Source: Candidatus Enterousia sp. (GTDB lineage: Bacteria > Pseudomonadota > Alphaproteobacteria > Rs-D84). Taken from it: 64,000 nucleotides of DNA. The notes under the pieces were generated by a model that had not been told where the DNA came from, did not search any database, and saw only the letters and a program-made list of their open reading frames with translations. Within the stretch, counting starts at the first letter, position 1. Every line of letters starts with the position of its first letter. The stretch covers positions 3,902-67,901 of the forward strand of contig JAZROV010000016.1 in the NCBI GenBank assembly GCA_045648885.1, written 5' to 3'. The position numbers and the translations under genes are program-made. This document shows positions 27,477 through 36,830 of this stretch, one piece after another.

Positions 27477-27505
27477 ATTATATCAATTCCACCGAATCAG
27501 TGCAA
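27477..27505 (-). promoter_or_regulatory. promoter TTGCAC-N17-TATAAT with TG extension (minus strand)
   Basis: The reverse complement reads TTGCAC tgattcggtggaatTGA TATAAT, about 30 nt upstream of the 27446 start. Confidence 0.5.
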
Positions 27506-27576
27506 GACTTAAAAAACACAAATTTAAATAAAATCGAAAAATCTGCAAAGATAAAATCGCACGAATCGATAAAACG

Positions 27577-27585
27577 TGTTATACT
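27577..27585 (+). promoter_or_regulatory. extended -10 element TGTTATACT
   Basis: TGnTATACT lies 24 nt upstream of the ATG at 27609. Confidence 0.4.
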
Positions 27586-27608
27586 GATTTCCAAGAAACA
27601 ACAAAAAG

Positions 27609-28163
27609 ATGGATAAAAACATGGAAAACACTATATTTTTAATTCTGATTTCGGTATTGGCAGTATTAAATATTATCTGCATTTTCTTTGCGTTAAATTC
27701 GAACAAACACATACGCAATATTTCAAAGACTTTGACACACCAATACAATTTGATTGTAAAAATTCAAAATGTTTTAAAAAACAGAATTTCTGTCAATGAC
27801 ACAACAGACAAAGCAGAAATAATCTACCAAGATCTTTTACAAGATTTAATTCCAATCATGGCATCAATAGATGTTATGCCACGCAGTACATCTGAACATC
27901 CGCTTTGGCGGGCATTGGGCGGCATTATGGACGAATATGCAAAAAACCCGTTTGTGTTGGAAAAATTGCGTCGTGCGATAAAATTAGATTCTACAATCGC
28001 CCGTAATATCAGTCATTATTTAACACGCGCAAATATGTTTTTACAACACATGGCAACGACTGATACAGACGGCATATTGGCAACAACATTCACAGACGGC
28101 TTGTTGGGACAATCTTTGACATTTTTTGCCCAGGCACAAGCCCTGGCCACACCAGATAAATGA
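27609..28163 (+). CDS. hypothetical membrane-anchored protein, translationally coupled to sufB
   Basis: One N-terminal TM segment. The stop overlaps the sufB ATG (ATGA). No recognisable domain. Confidence 0.55.
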   Translation: MDKNMENTIFLILISVLAVLNIICIFFALNSNKHIRNISKTLTHQYNLIVKIQNVLKNRISVNDTTDKAEIIYQDLLQDLIPIMASIDVMPRSTSEHPLWRALGGIMDEYAKNPFVLEKLRRAIKLDSTIARNISHYLTRANMFLQHMATTDTDGILATTFTDGLLGQSLTFFAQAQALATPDK

Positions 28164-29500
28164 AACGGTTAAACGAAGAACTTGTTAAAGAAATATCACG
28201 CCAACGCGACGAACCAGAATGGCTTTTGTCATGGCGGCTGGCTGCTTTTGATGCATGGAAAAAAATGTCTGAACCACATTGGGCAAAAATAAATTACGAA
28301 CCGATTGATTATGATGGGTTGAATTATTATAACGAACAAAAACAAATTGATAATTCCCAATTAAAATCTACATATGAAAAAATGGGATTGCCTGAATCTG
28401 AACAGCGCGCACTGTTGGGGATGGCGACCGATACCGTCATCGACAGTAAATCTGTGCATACTTCATATTCAGACGAATTGAAAAAATTAGGCATAATATT
28501 TTTACCGTTATCAACCGCGGTTATTCAATATCCAGATTTAGTGCGCGAATATCTGGGCAGCGTCGTTCCAAACAATGACAATTTCTTTGCCGCGTTAAAT
28601 GCCGCTGTGTTTTCAGACGGAACATTTGTTTATATTCCACCAAACACAAAATGCCCTATTGATTTGGCCAGTTATTTTCGCATAGAAACCGCAAAAATCG
28701 GGCAATTCGAACGAACGCTGATAATTGCAGACGCCGGTTCAACCCTTTCGTATATGGAAGGATGCAGCGCCCCACGTCGTCCAAATCATCAATTACACAG
28801 TGGCGTTGTTGAAATCATTGTAAAAGATAATGCATATGTAAAATATTCTACGGTTCAAAACTGGTATGCGGGAGATTTTAACGCACAAAACGATTCTGAG
28901 ATGCAAAAAAATGGGATATTAAATTTCGTTACTAAACGTGGAAAATGTTTTGAAAATGCTGGTCTTGATTGGACCCAGATTGAAATCGGTTCTGCAATGA
29001 CATGGAAATATCCATCAACGATTTTACAGGGCAATAATTCGCACAGTGATTTTTATTCATTGTCTATAACGCGCGGCGCACAACAAGCAGACACCGGAAC
29101 AAAGATGATTCATTTGGGCGACAAAACAAAATCAAACATTGTTTCTTATGGTGTTGCAATGGATAAATCTTGCCAAACATTTCGCAGTACTGTTTTATTT
29201 TCAGGACACGATGGTAAAAACGCGTGTAAATGTGACAGCCGTCTTTTGGGCGACGACGCGACTGCAAATACAATTCCAACAATAATTCACAACAACGCAA
29301 CCAATGAGCAATCTCACGAAGCAACCACTGGGACATTGGACGCGGCGTCATTACTTTATCTGGAACAAAGCGGTATTGATTCAGATGACGCGATTGCTTT
29401 ATTGATTGGGTCCATGGCATCACCGATAATATCCAGATTACCAATGGAATTTTTGGTAGAATCAAAACAACTTATACAAATGACATTAAAAAAAGAATAA
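28160..29500 (+). CDS. sufB: Fe-S cluster assembly scaffold SufB
   Basis: FERTLIIADAGSTLSYMEGCSAP...YSTVQNWY pattern diagnostic of SufB. 446 aa. Confidence 0.9.
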   Translation: MKRLNEELVKEISRQRDEPEWLLSWRLAAFDAWKKMSEPHWAKINYEPIDYDGLNYYNEQKQIDNSQLKSTYEKMGLPESEQRALLGMATDTVIDSKSVHTSYSDELKKLGIIFLPLSTAVIQYPDLVREYLGSVVPNNDNFFAALNAAVFSDGTFVYIPPNTKCPIDLASYFRIETAKIGQFERTLIIADAGSTLSYMEGCSAPRRPNHQLHSGVVEIIVKDNAYVKYSTVQNWYAGDFNAQNDSEMQKNGILNFVTKRGKCFENAGLDWTQIEIGSAMTWKYPSTILQGNNSHSDFYSLSITRGAQQADTGTKMIHLGDKTKSNIVSYGVAMDKSCQTFRSTVLFSGHDGKNACKCDSRLLGDDATANTIPTIIHNNATNEQSHEATTGTLDAASLLYLEQSGIDSDDAIALLIGSMASPIISRLPMEFLVESKQLIQMTLKKE

Positions 29501-29504
29501 AGAA

Positions 29505-30182
29505 ATGTTAGAAATAAAAAATCTTTGTGTATCAATGGATAAAAAACCTTTGTTAAAGGATATAAATCTGACGGTCCCAGATGGCGCACGTTATCGAATT
29601 GCGGGTCAAAATGGTTCTGGAAAATCAACACTGGTAAACGTTATCTCGGGAAACCCGTTGTACACAATCGATTCTGGGAAAATATTTTTCAATGGAATCG
29701 ACATAACAAACGAAAACGCAACAACGCGTGCATTGATGGGGATTTTTTTAGGCGCACAAAACGTACCTGAAATTCCAGGACTGACGATTTTAAGTTTTTT
29801 AAAACATTCTATGATTGCGCACAGACATTATGAAACAGGCCAAGATTTATCTATGGGCGAATTTCTTGAAAAATTGGAAAGCGCACGCGAACAATTAAAT
29901 ATTCCCAAAGAATGGTTAAACCGTTGTATAAATGTCGGTTTTTCAGGTGGCGAACGCAAACGTATAATGTTGCTGCGATTGATTTTAACACAACCGAAAC
30001 TGGCTATCTTAGACGAACCGGACTCTGGTGCAGATGTAAATGTTCAAAAACAAATTATCGACGTGATAAAACAAATGAAAGACACTACATTTTTGTTCAT
30101 TTCGCATCAAAACGATTTTTCATCAAAAATAGAAACCACACAAACAACTACTTTAAAAGACGGACAAATTGTGATACAATAA
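29505..30182 (+). CDS. sufC: Fe-S cluster assembly ATPase SufC
   Basis: Walker A GQNGSGKST, signature FSGGERKR, Walker B LAILDEPDSG. Confidence 0.85.
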   Translation: MLEIKNLCVSMDKKPLLKDINLTVPDGARYRIAGQNGSGKSTLVNVISGNPLYTIDSGKIFFNGIDITNENATTRALMGIFLGAQNVPEIPGLTILSFLKHSMIAHRHYETGQDLSMGEFLEKLESAREQLNIPKEWLNRCINVGFSGGERKRIMLLRLILTQPKLAILDEPDSGADVNVQKQIIDVIKQMKDTTFLFISHQNDFSSKIETTQTTTLKDGQIVIQ

Positions 30183-30210
30183 ACACATGCATAAACAAAA
30201 GGATAAAATC

Positions 30211-31086
30211 ATGCCCAAAAAAGTCACAAAAAAACCAACCACCAGAAAAAATATAAAAAAATATTCTATGAAAACATGGTTGTTTAATACGCCATTGATG
30301 TTCGCATTTACAGCATTTTTTGCTACAATTTTTGTGACATTTTTATACGCGATAATTGCAGCGATATTCAATACATCTGCATCTCAGCCATTGGCGATTT
30401 TGCTGGTTTTGACATTTGTGTGGGCGATATATTACATGATAAAAAAATTACCACACGACGATATGCATCGCGATGATTTTGTTGCGATAACAAATGGATG
30501 CAATCTGATATGTTTGATTGTCCCGTTTGTTGCATTGTCTTTGTTTGGATATAACATTGATATGTTGCAATATAAATTGACATGGCTGTATGTATTTCAT
30601 CCTGTGTTTTTATGGATTATCGGAATCTTTGGTGTGATACTTTATCTGTACGTGTTCGGTGTGGCCGTATCAAATATCTATGCTAAATTTAAACGCGCAG
30701 CACAAATTGGCATATCAAAAAAATTGATTATTGCATCTATGCCGTTTGCGTTTTTACTGATGTGGACACCGGGCTATTTGATTTCAGATAAAAAACACGA
30801 TTCGAATTTGAATATTAAATGCCGTTGGTACAAACGCTTTAATGATTGGGTTGTAAATAATGCGACAAATACGTTGGTGACATTTTTAGTATTCGTATTA
30901 TTGATGAATGTTTTCTCGGGCCCATTATCATTGTTATTAACAGGCTGTTTATTGATAATCTATGCATTATGGAATTTAAGATATAAAACAAAATTTATGA
31001 AAAACATCAATACATGGTACGCATGGACGGCGGTGGCGATAAATATCTCTGTACTGTTGGCAATCATATTACGTGCATTGATGTAA
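30211..31086 (+). CDS. hypothetical polytopic membrane protein
   Basis: Basic N-terminus followed by at least 6 hydrophobic segments. The ATG at 30211 follows AAGGATAAAATC. The ATG at 30187 is an alternative without an SD. Confidence 0.55.
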   Translation: MPKKVTKKPTTRKNIKKYSMKTWLFNTPLMFAFTAFFATIFVTFLYAIIAAIFNTSASQPLAILLVLTFVWAIYYMIKKLPHDDMHRDDFVAITNGCNLICLIVPFVALSLFGYNIDMLQYKLTWLYVFHPVFLWIIGIFGVILYLYVFGVAVSNIYAKFKRAAQIGISKKLIIASMPFAFLLMWTPGYLISDKKHDSNLNIKCRWYKRFNDWVVNNATNTLVTFLVFVLLMNVFSGPLSLLLTGCLLIIYALWNLRYKTKFMKNINTWYAWTAVAINISVLLAIILRALM

Positions 31087-31110
31087 TAAAAACAAAAGGT
31101 AAACCACGAT

Positions 31111-32157
31111 ATGCATAATTTAGTCACATTTATCGCAATAATCTTTTGCCTGTGGATTGGGCGGTCGATTTTCATTCCTTTGTTGGTTGCAACATTTTTA
31201 TGGTATTTATTAAATGCAATCGCCGCCTATTACAGACGTATAATGCCATGTTATAAATCTGGGTCATGTACATCTGAAATGGTATCGACAGGATATGATT
31301 GGTTGTCTAAGTTATTGTCTTTGTTCACATTGGTTGCGTTTTTATATTTATTTGCGACACAAATCAAACCTATGTTATGGGAACTTTATAACGCGACGCC
31401 TATTTTACAGCAAAAATTATTATCATTTTCACAATTTCTGGCAAACAAAACAGGCATTGATTTTGATTTAGATTTGATACCTAACCTGCCCCAGATTGCT
31501 GGTCATATCGGCGCATCGCTGGCAGGATTAGCGACATCCACTGGTATAGTCATAATCTATTTGATTTTTATGTTTGTAGAACAAAATTCATTTGCAAAAA
31601 AAATAGAATCTTTGCCGCTTAGCAAAAGCAAAGCAAAAAAATTGCAATACATTTTGACCAGCATTGATGAAAATATGAAAAAATATTTGTTCACAAAAAC
31701 GGCTATATCTGCCGCAACAGGACTTTGTTCTTTCATTCTTTTAAAAATCATAGGTTTGGAATATGCCGGCGTTTGGGGTTTTATATTGTTCCTGTTAAAT
31801 TACATTCCGACAATTGGTTCTATTTTGGCATGCGTCTTGCCGATTGCATACGCATTGATAAACCATGACACATGGCAGATTCCGGTATTCACAACAGTTG
31901 CATTGATATCCGTAGAAACCATATTTGGAAACATCTTGGACCCAAAATTAACTGGCAAAACATTGAATATATCGTCATTGGCGATATTGATAAATTTGAT
32001 ATTCTGGGGAATGCTTTGGGGACCGGCAGGAATGTTTTTCAGCGTTCCCATTTTGGTGGCGCTTTACGTCACAACGGCCCAATTTGAATCAACACGCTGG
32101 ATTGCAGTATTGCTTTCCACCGATGGAAAAATTCCCGACGAAACAGAACCAGATTAA
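31111..32157 (+). CDS. AI-2E family transporter (PerM/UPF0118-like)
   Basis: ~350 aa, about 8 TM, and a conserved LLNYIPTIGS...PIL pattern typical of the family. Confidence 0.6.
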   Translation: MHNLVTFIAIIFCLWIGRSIFIPLLVATFLWYLLNAIAAYYRRIMPCYKSGSCTSEMVSTGYDWLSKLLSLFTLVAFLYLFATQIKPMLWELYNATPILQQKLLSFSQFLANKTGIDFDLDLIPNLPQIAGHIGASLAGLATSTGIVIIYLIFMFVEQNSFAKKIESLPLSKSKAKKLQYILTSIDENMKKYLFTKTAISAATGLCSFILLKIIGLEYAGVWGFILFLLNYIPTIGSILACVLPIAYALINHDTWQIPVFTTVALISVETIFGNILDPKLTGKTLNISSLAILINLIFWGMLWGPAGMFFSVPILVALYVTTAQFESTRWIAVLLSTDGKIPDETEPD

Positions 32158-32600
32158 ACGCGTTTCAAAAGGCTTATCGCGTTTTCCAAAATTACAACCG
32201 CAGAACGAGAATCTAATTCGCGTTTAATTTTTCTGACGCTGGTTTTGCCCATTTCTTGTTGAGCCATAACACTGGTTAAATTTTCTTCGACAAACAAAAT
32301 CGGCAAATTGGTTTTTTCAGACAGTATTTTCGCAAAATCGCGAACATGCTGGGTTGTTTCAGAATCTTGCCCATCTGGATAAAGCGGCAAACCAATAACA
32401 ACACCAACTGCTTTTTCTTGTGTCATAATAGCCACAACATCGTCTGCCAATCCAGATTGACTTTTTACATCTATCTGGGGACGAACAAACACAAAACTGC
32501 GGTTTTCATCAGACACTGCAACACCACACCGACGCAGTCCCCAATCCAGTCCGATTATGCGTCCGAAACGCGGAAAATTCTTGTAATTATCAAAAATCAT
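32154..32600 (-). CDS. ruvX: Holliday-junction-resolvase-like pre-16S rRNA nuclease RuvX/YqgF
   Basis: IIGLDWGLRRCGVAVSD N-terminus, 148 aa. Confidence 0.85.
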   Translation of the reverse strand: MIFDNYKNFPRFGRIIGLDWGLRRCGVAVSDENRSFVFVRPQIDVKSQSGLADDVVAIMTQEKAVGVVIGLPLYPDGQDSETTQHVRDFAKILSEKTNLPILFVEENLTSVMAQQEMGKTSVRKIKRELDSRSAVVILENAISLLKRV

Positions 32601-32608
32601 TGTATAAT
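32581..32608 (+). promoter_or_regulatory. promoter TTGTAA-N16-TATAAT upstream of gatC
   Basis: Perfect -10 at 32603-32608. Lies in or next to the divergent ruvX start. Confidence 0.4.
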
Positions 32609-32639
32609 TGCCTTTGCTCTAAAAATAATAGGATTCAAA

Positions 32640-32936
32640 ATGGCATTTAGCAAGCAACAATTAAAAAAATTTGCAGATTTAATAAAAATTGAAATATCTG
32701 ATGAAAAACTGGAACAAATGAACATCGATTCCGTTGTTGAATGGTTGGATAAATTGAAAAAAATCGACACAACTGGCGTAAAACCGATGTTATCTCCGGC
32801 CGAACACAAATTGCCTTTGCGTGAAGATATAGCGCGTGAGCCAAATATGCGCGATGCGATATTGGCAAACGCACCTGATAAAACCGGTGTTTCACGCGGA
32901 TATTTTGCGGTGCCAAAGGTTATGGATGCAGATTAA
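32640..32936 (+). CDS. gatC: Asp/Glu-tRNA amidotransferase subunit C
   Basis: 98 aa. LAKL.L...E.E.......IL.....L..VDT.GV.P pattern. Start trimmed to the ATG at 32640. Confidence 0.85.
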   Translation: MAFSKQQLKKFADLIKIEISDEKLEQMNIDSVVEWLDKLKKIDTTGVKPMLSPAEHKLPLREDIAREPNMRDAILANAPDKTGVSRGYFAVPKVMDAD

Positions 32937-32959
32937 ACATAAAAGACAGGGAAAAAATT

Positions 32960-33217
32960 ATGAAATACACGATAACAGAACAGATTTCAGTAGAACCATT
33001 AAACGACAGATTAAGCAAATGCCCCAGCGAAGAGGCAACACATCAAATGGAAATTTACAAGGCTCGCGAAACCAGTAAAAAAATCTGTGTAATTAAACCA
33101 TTTAATGAAAATCAATTTTCACACTCGGTCAATTCTACTGTGCATATGGTTCCAGGGGATGTCATTAACGACGTGATATTGCCTGCATACAGAGATTTTA
33201 AAAAATATCAAAGATAA
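32960..33217 (+). CDS. hypothetical small protein inserted between gatC and gatA
   Basis: 85-aa ORF exactly filling the 303-bp gatC-gatA gap. Purine-rich stretch (GGGAAAAAA) before the ATG. No recognisable motif. Confidence 0.4.
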   Translation: MKYTITEQISVEPLNDRLSKCPSEEATHQMEIYKARETSKKICVIKPFNENQFSHSVNSTVHMVPGDVINDVILPAYRDFKKYQR

Positions 33218-33239
33218 AAAACAAAAAATAGGAAACAGC

Positions 33240-34709
33240 ATGATAAACCTGACAATAAAACAAGCGTTAAAGAAATTAAAATCTCGCGAAATTGGTGCAT
33301 TGGAACTGACGAACGCATATCTGGAAAGAATTGAAAAATTTAATTCAGAATTAAACGCGTATATCACAACCACGCCTGAACGCGCGTTAAGCGATGCAAC
33401 TGCAGCCGCAGAACGTATTGCAAACGGCACTGCGCGCGCATTAGACGGCATTCCAATCGCAATGAAAGATTTGTTTGCGACGCGTGGAATTCGTACTACT
33501 GCGGCATCACACATGTTGGAAAATTTTGTCCCAGAATATGAATCGACAATTTCACAAAAATTCATTGACAGCGGGACAGTATTGTTGGGTAAATCAAATT
33601 TAGATGAATTCGCGATGGGAACGTTTTCAAAAACATCCTATTTCGGTGCGCCAATCAATCCATGGCAACGTACACGTAAATTGACTGCCGGCGGATCGTC
33701 AGGCGGTTCTACATCTGCCGTGGCGGCGGGTTTGGCAATGGGTGCAACCGGCACTGATACTGGTGGTTCGATTCGTTTTCCCTGCTCTATTACCGGTTTG
33801 GTTGGAATGAAACCAACATATGGTCTGTGTTCGCGTTGGGGTTGCGTTGCATTCGCATCCAGTTTGGACACACCGGGACCAATCGCACGTACAGTTGATG
33901 ACGCAGCGTTGTTGCTGTCGGTTATGGCGGGTCATGATGACAAAGATTCAACCAGCGCACCAAACGCACATTTTGAAACAGATGGTGATTTAAAACCAAT
34001 TTTAGGTGATGGAAAGAAATTACGCGTTGGCATTATCAAAGAATTTAATTCTGTTCAGATTTCCGAAGACATGAAAACCCTGTTTGAAAAACGTTTGGCA
34101 GATTTGAAATCTATGGGCGCAGAAATTGTCGAAGTTTCAATTCCAAATATTCTGGACGCGTTGGCGGCATATTATATAATCGCACCAGCAGAAGCCTCTT
34201 CAAACCTGGCACGTTATGACGGAATGAGATACGGTTTGCGTGTAGAAGGCGTTGATTTAGAAGACACATACAAAAAAACTCGCGCAGCTGGTTTCGGAAC
34301 CGAAGTGCAACGCCGTATGTTGATTGGAACTGCGGTTTTATCATCTGAATCTTATGAAGTATATTTTATGCAAGCGGCACGCGTTCGTCGTATGATATCG
34401 GACAGTTTTAATGCGGCATTCAAACAATGTGATTTGATTGTTTGCCCGTCTGGCGCAGGAACTGCCCTGCCCTTGGACTCTGATTTAACACCACTGGAAT
34501 ATTATGCACTTGATTTATTCACAGTCGCGATGAATCTGGCCGGTGTGCCGGCGGTATCTGTCCCATGCGGTCTGGCGACAAACGGTTTACCATTGGGGAT
34601 GCAGGTTGTTGGCCCACGCTTTGCCGATATGCAGGTATTACAATTGGCAAAACACATTGAAACCGCGGCCGACGTCGATAACCGCCCAACAACAATTATG
34701 GGTGAATAA
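33240..34709 (+). CDS. gatA: Asp/Glu-tRNA amidotransferase subunit A
   Basis: Amidase signature GGSSGGS...GTDTGGSIR, 489 aa. Confidence 0.95.
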   Translation: MINLTIKQALKKLKSREIGALELTNAYLERIEKFNSELNAYITTTPERALSDATAAAERIANGTARALDGIPIAMKDLFATRGIRTTAASHMLENFVPEYESTISQKFIDSGTVLLGKSNLDEFAMGTFSKTSYFGAPINPWQRTRKLTAGGSSGGSTSAVAAGLAMGATGTDTGGSIRFPCSITGLVGMKPTYGLCSRWGCVAFASSLDTPGPIARTVDDAALLLSVMAGHDDKDSTSAPNAHFETDGDLKPILGDGKKLRVGIIKEFNSVQISEDMKTLFEKRLADLKSMGAEIVEVSIPNILDALAAYYIIAPAEASSNLARYDGMRYGLRVEGVDLEDTYKKTRAAGFGTEVQRRMLIGTAVLSSESYEVYFMQAARVRRMISDSFNAAFKQCDLIVCPSGAGTALPLDSDLTPLEYYALDLFTVAMNLAGVPAVSVPCGLATNGLPLGMQVVGPRFADMQVLQLAKHIETAADVDNRPTTIMGE

Positions 34710-34774
34710 CACCTGGCGGTGTGCAATCTAAAAAAGAGAAACGCTTATGTTGGAAAAATTGAGCAAAATAAAAA

Positions 34775-34850
34775 TGGTGGCCAGAAGTGGAATCGAACCA
34801 CTGACACAGGGATTTTCAGTCCCTTGCTCTACCAACTGAGCTATCTGGCC
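34775..34850 (-). tRNA. tRNA-Phe (GAA), CCA encoded
   Basis: Cloverleaf parsed by hand: acceptor GGCCAGA/TCTGGCC, D arm GCTC/GAGC, anticodon arm AGGGA-CTGAAAA-TCCCT, T arm AGTGG-TTCGATT-CCACT, A73, CCA. Confidence 0.95.
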
Positions 34851-34906
34851 ATCCGTGGGACACATAATAAAATACAAAGAACTAAAAAGCAAGGGAAAAA
34901 AGAAAA

Positions 34907-36433
34907 ATGTTTACTATCAAAGGCAAAACAACAGAATGGGAAGTCGTAGTAGGATTGGAAACACATATCGAAGTCCTGTCCAACAGTAAAATTTTCAGCG
35001 GCGCATCAGCCGATTACAATCCGACGGTTGCCCCAAACACCCAGGCATGCATGGTCGATGTCGCTATGCCGGGGATGTTGCCTGTATTAAATAAATACTG
35101 TGTTGAACAAGCAATAAAATTCGGTTTGGGTATAAACGCAGAAATTTCACGTCATTCAAAATTTGCCCGTAAACAATATTTTTATCCCGACCTGCCCCAG
35201 GGATATCAAATCTCTCAACCTGCCGAAGAATCGCCGGTTGTTGGTCGCGGCTGGGTTGAAATTATGGGTGACGACGGTAATCCTAAAAAGATTTTAATTG
35301 AACGCGCACATTTGGAACAAGATGCAGGAAAATTAAAACACGACATGCACCCAATGAAATCTTTCGCGGACTATAACCGCACAGGCGTCACTTTGTTGGA
35401 AATCGTATGTTATCTTGATTTAAACGATCCTGAAAACCGTTCATATATTACTTCCCCAGATGAAGCGGAACGCTATCTGCGTCAAATTCGCGAAATCGCT
35501 CGCGCATTGGGTGTATCAAAAGCAAACATGGAAGAAGGCTCTATGCGTGCCGACGTCAATGTTTCTGTTCGTCCAGTCGGCGCAAAATATTTCAACGAAA
35601 GATGCGAAATTAAAAACATGGTATCTTTCAAATTTATTAAAACGGCAATTGAATACGAAGCGCGCCGCCAAATTGAAATTTTAGAAAACGGCGGAAAAAT
35701 TGAACGTTGCACGATGCGCTTTAACCAGGGCGACGGTACAACATCCATAATGCGCAGCAAAGAAGACGCCCTTGATTATCGTTATTTTCCAGACCCTGAT
35801 TTGTTGGAATTGGAAATATCGGACGAAGATATAGAACGCATTCGCAAAACTATGCCAGAATTGCCAACTGCGACACGCGCACGTTATATGAATGAATACG
35901 GTTTATCTGAATATGATGCCACGCGTCTGACAGAAACAGTTGATATTTCACACTGGTACGATACGGCGGTCGCCGGCAAAAAAGAACGCGCAAAATCTAT
36001 CGCAAATTGGATGATATCTGAATTGTTCGCGCATCCTGAAAATTTCAATATTACAAATGAAAAACGCGAAAATGCTGATCCAGATGCACCGCGCATTATA
36101 ACCCCTGAAACGTTGGCTGAATTGGTCGATATGATTGCATCAAACGAAATCAACGGCAAACAAGCCAAAGAAATCTTTATCAAAATGTTAGACGGTGAAC
36201 GTGGCACAATTCATGAAATTGCAGATAAATACGGTATGAAACAAATAACTGATACATCGGCAATTGAATCTGCAGTGGACGAAGTCATCAAAAACAACCA
36301 GGCTCAGGTTGAACAGTATAAATCTGGCAAAGTTGGTCTGTTGGGGTTCTTTGTTGGAAATGTTATGAAAGCGACACACGGTCAGGCGAACCCTGCAATG
36401 GTCAGTGATTTATTAAAACAAAAACTGGGATAA
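34907..36433 (+). CDS. gatB: Asp/Glu-tRNA amidotransferase subunit B
   Basis: WEVVVGLETHIEL..., DANRAG-type region and C-terminal YqeY/GatB domain, 508 aa. Confidence 0.95.
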   Translation: MFTIKGKTTEWEVVVGLETHIEVLSNSKIFSGASADYNPTVAPNTQACMVDVAMPGMLPVLNKYCVEQAIKFGLGINAEISRHSKFARKQYFYPDLPQGYQISQPAEESPVVGRGWVEIMGDDGNPKKILIERAHLEQDAGKLKHDMHPMKSFADYNRTGVTLLEIVCYLDLNDPENRSYITSPDEAERYLRQIREIARALGVSKANMEEGSMRADVNVSVRPVGAKYFNERCEIKNMVSFKFIKTAIEYEARRQIEILENGGKIERCTMRFNQGDGTTSIMRSKEDALDYRYFPDPDLLELEISDEDIERIRKTMPELPTATRARYMNEYGLSEYDATRLTETVDISHWYDTAVAGKKERAKSIANWMISELFAHPENFNITNEKRENADPDAPRIITPETLAELVDMIASNEINGKQAKEIFIKMLDGERGTIHEIADKYGMKQITDTSAIESAVDEVIKNNQAQVEQYKSGKVGLLGFFVGNVMKATHGQANPAMVSDLLKQKLG

Positions 36434-36435
36434 TT

Positions 36436-36810
36436 ATGGATACTATTTTTGTTTTTCTTCCGCACGATTTAGAAATGGCTGCAATTGATTTGCTTCGTAT
36501 GCACCAAATGCAAAACAGCATTCCGAATACAACAATTATAATTTGCGAAACACCGACCAAGGAACAAACCATGACCGTCCAAGAATTGGCTGAAATACTG
36601 GTGAAAGAAACAATTGAAGAAGTTAATGAATTAAACATACAAAAATTCGTAATTCCTCCACGTGTTGAAGTTGAACCAGCACCTGAAATACCAGACGAGA
36701 ATCAAAAAAACAAACACAGACAAAATCTTTTACGCCAAAGCATGAAGCGTTTTAATATTGTAAACCAATATCGCAAACAAACTCTTTTTAACAGAACGAA
36801 ACATAAATAA
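36436..36810 (+). CDS. hypothetical protein
   Basis: 124-aa ORF starting 3 nt after the gatB stop. Acidic centre and basic C-terminal tail. No recognisable domain. Confidence 0.4.
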   Translation: MDTIFVFLPHDLEMAAIDLLRMHQMQNSIPNTTIIICETPTKEQTMTVQELAEILVKETIEEVNELNIQKFVIPPRVEVEPAPEIPDENQKNKHRQNLLRQSMKRFNIVNQYRKQTLFNRTKHK

Positions 36811-36830
36811 AAAACAAAAGGAAAAATAAA

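Noticed and set aside
27524-27748. 74-aa minus-strand ORF in the secretin/suf intergenic region
   Set aside because: It overlaps the 5' end of the plus-strand 27609 gene and the predicted promoters. It has no RBS and an implausible sequence.
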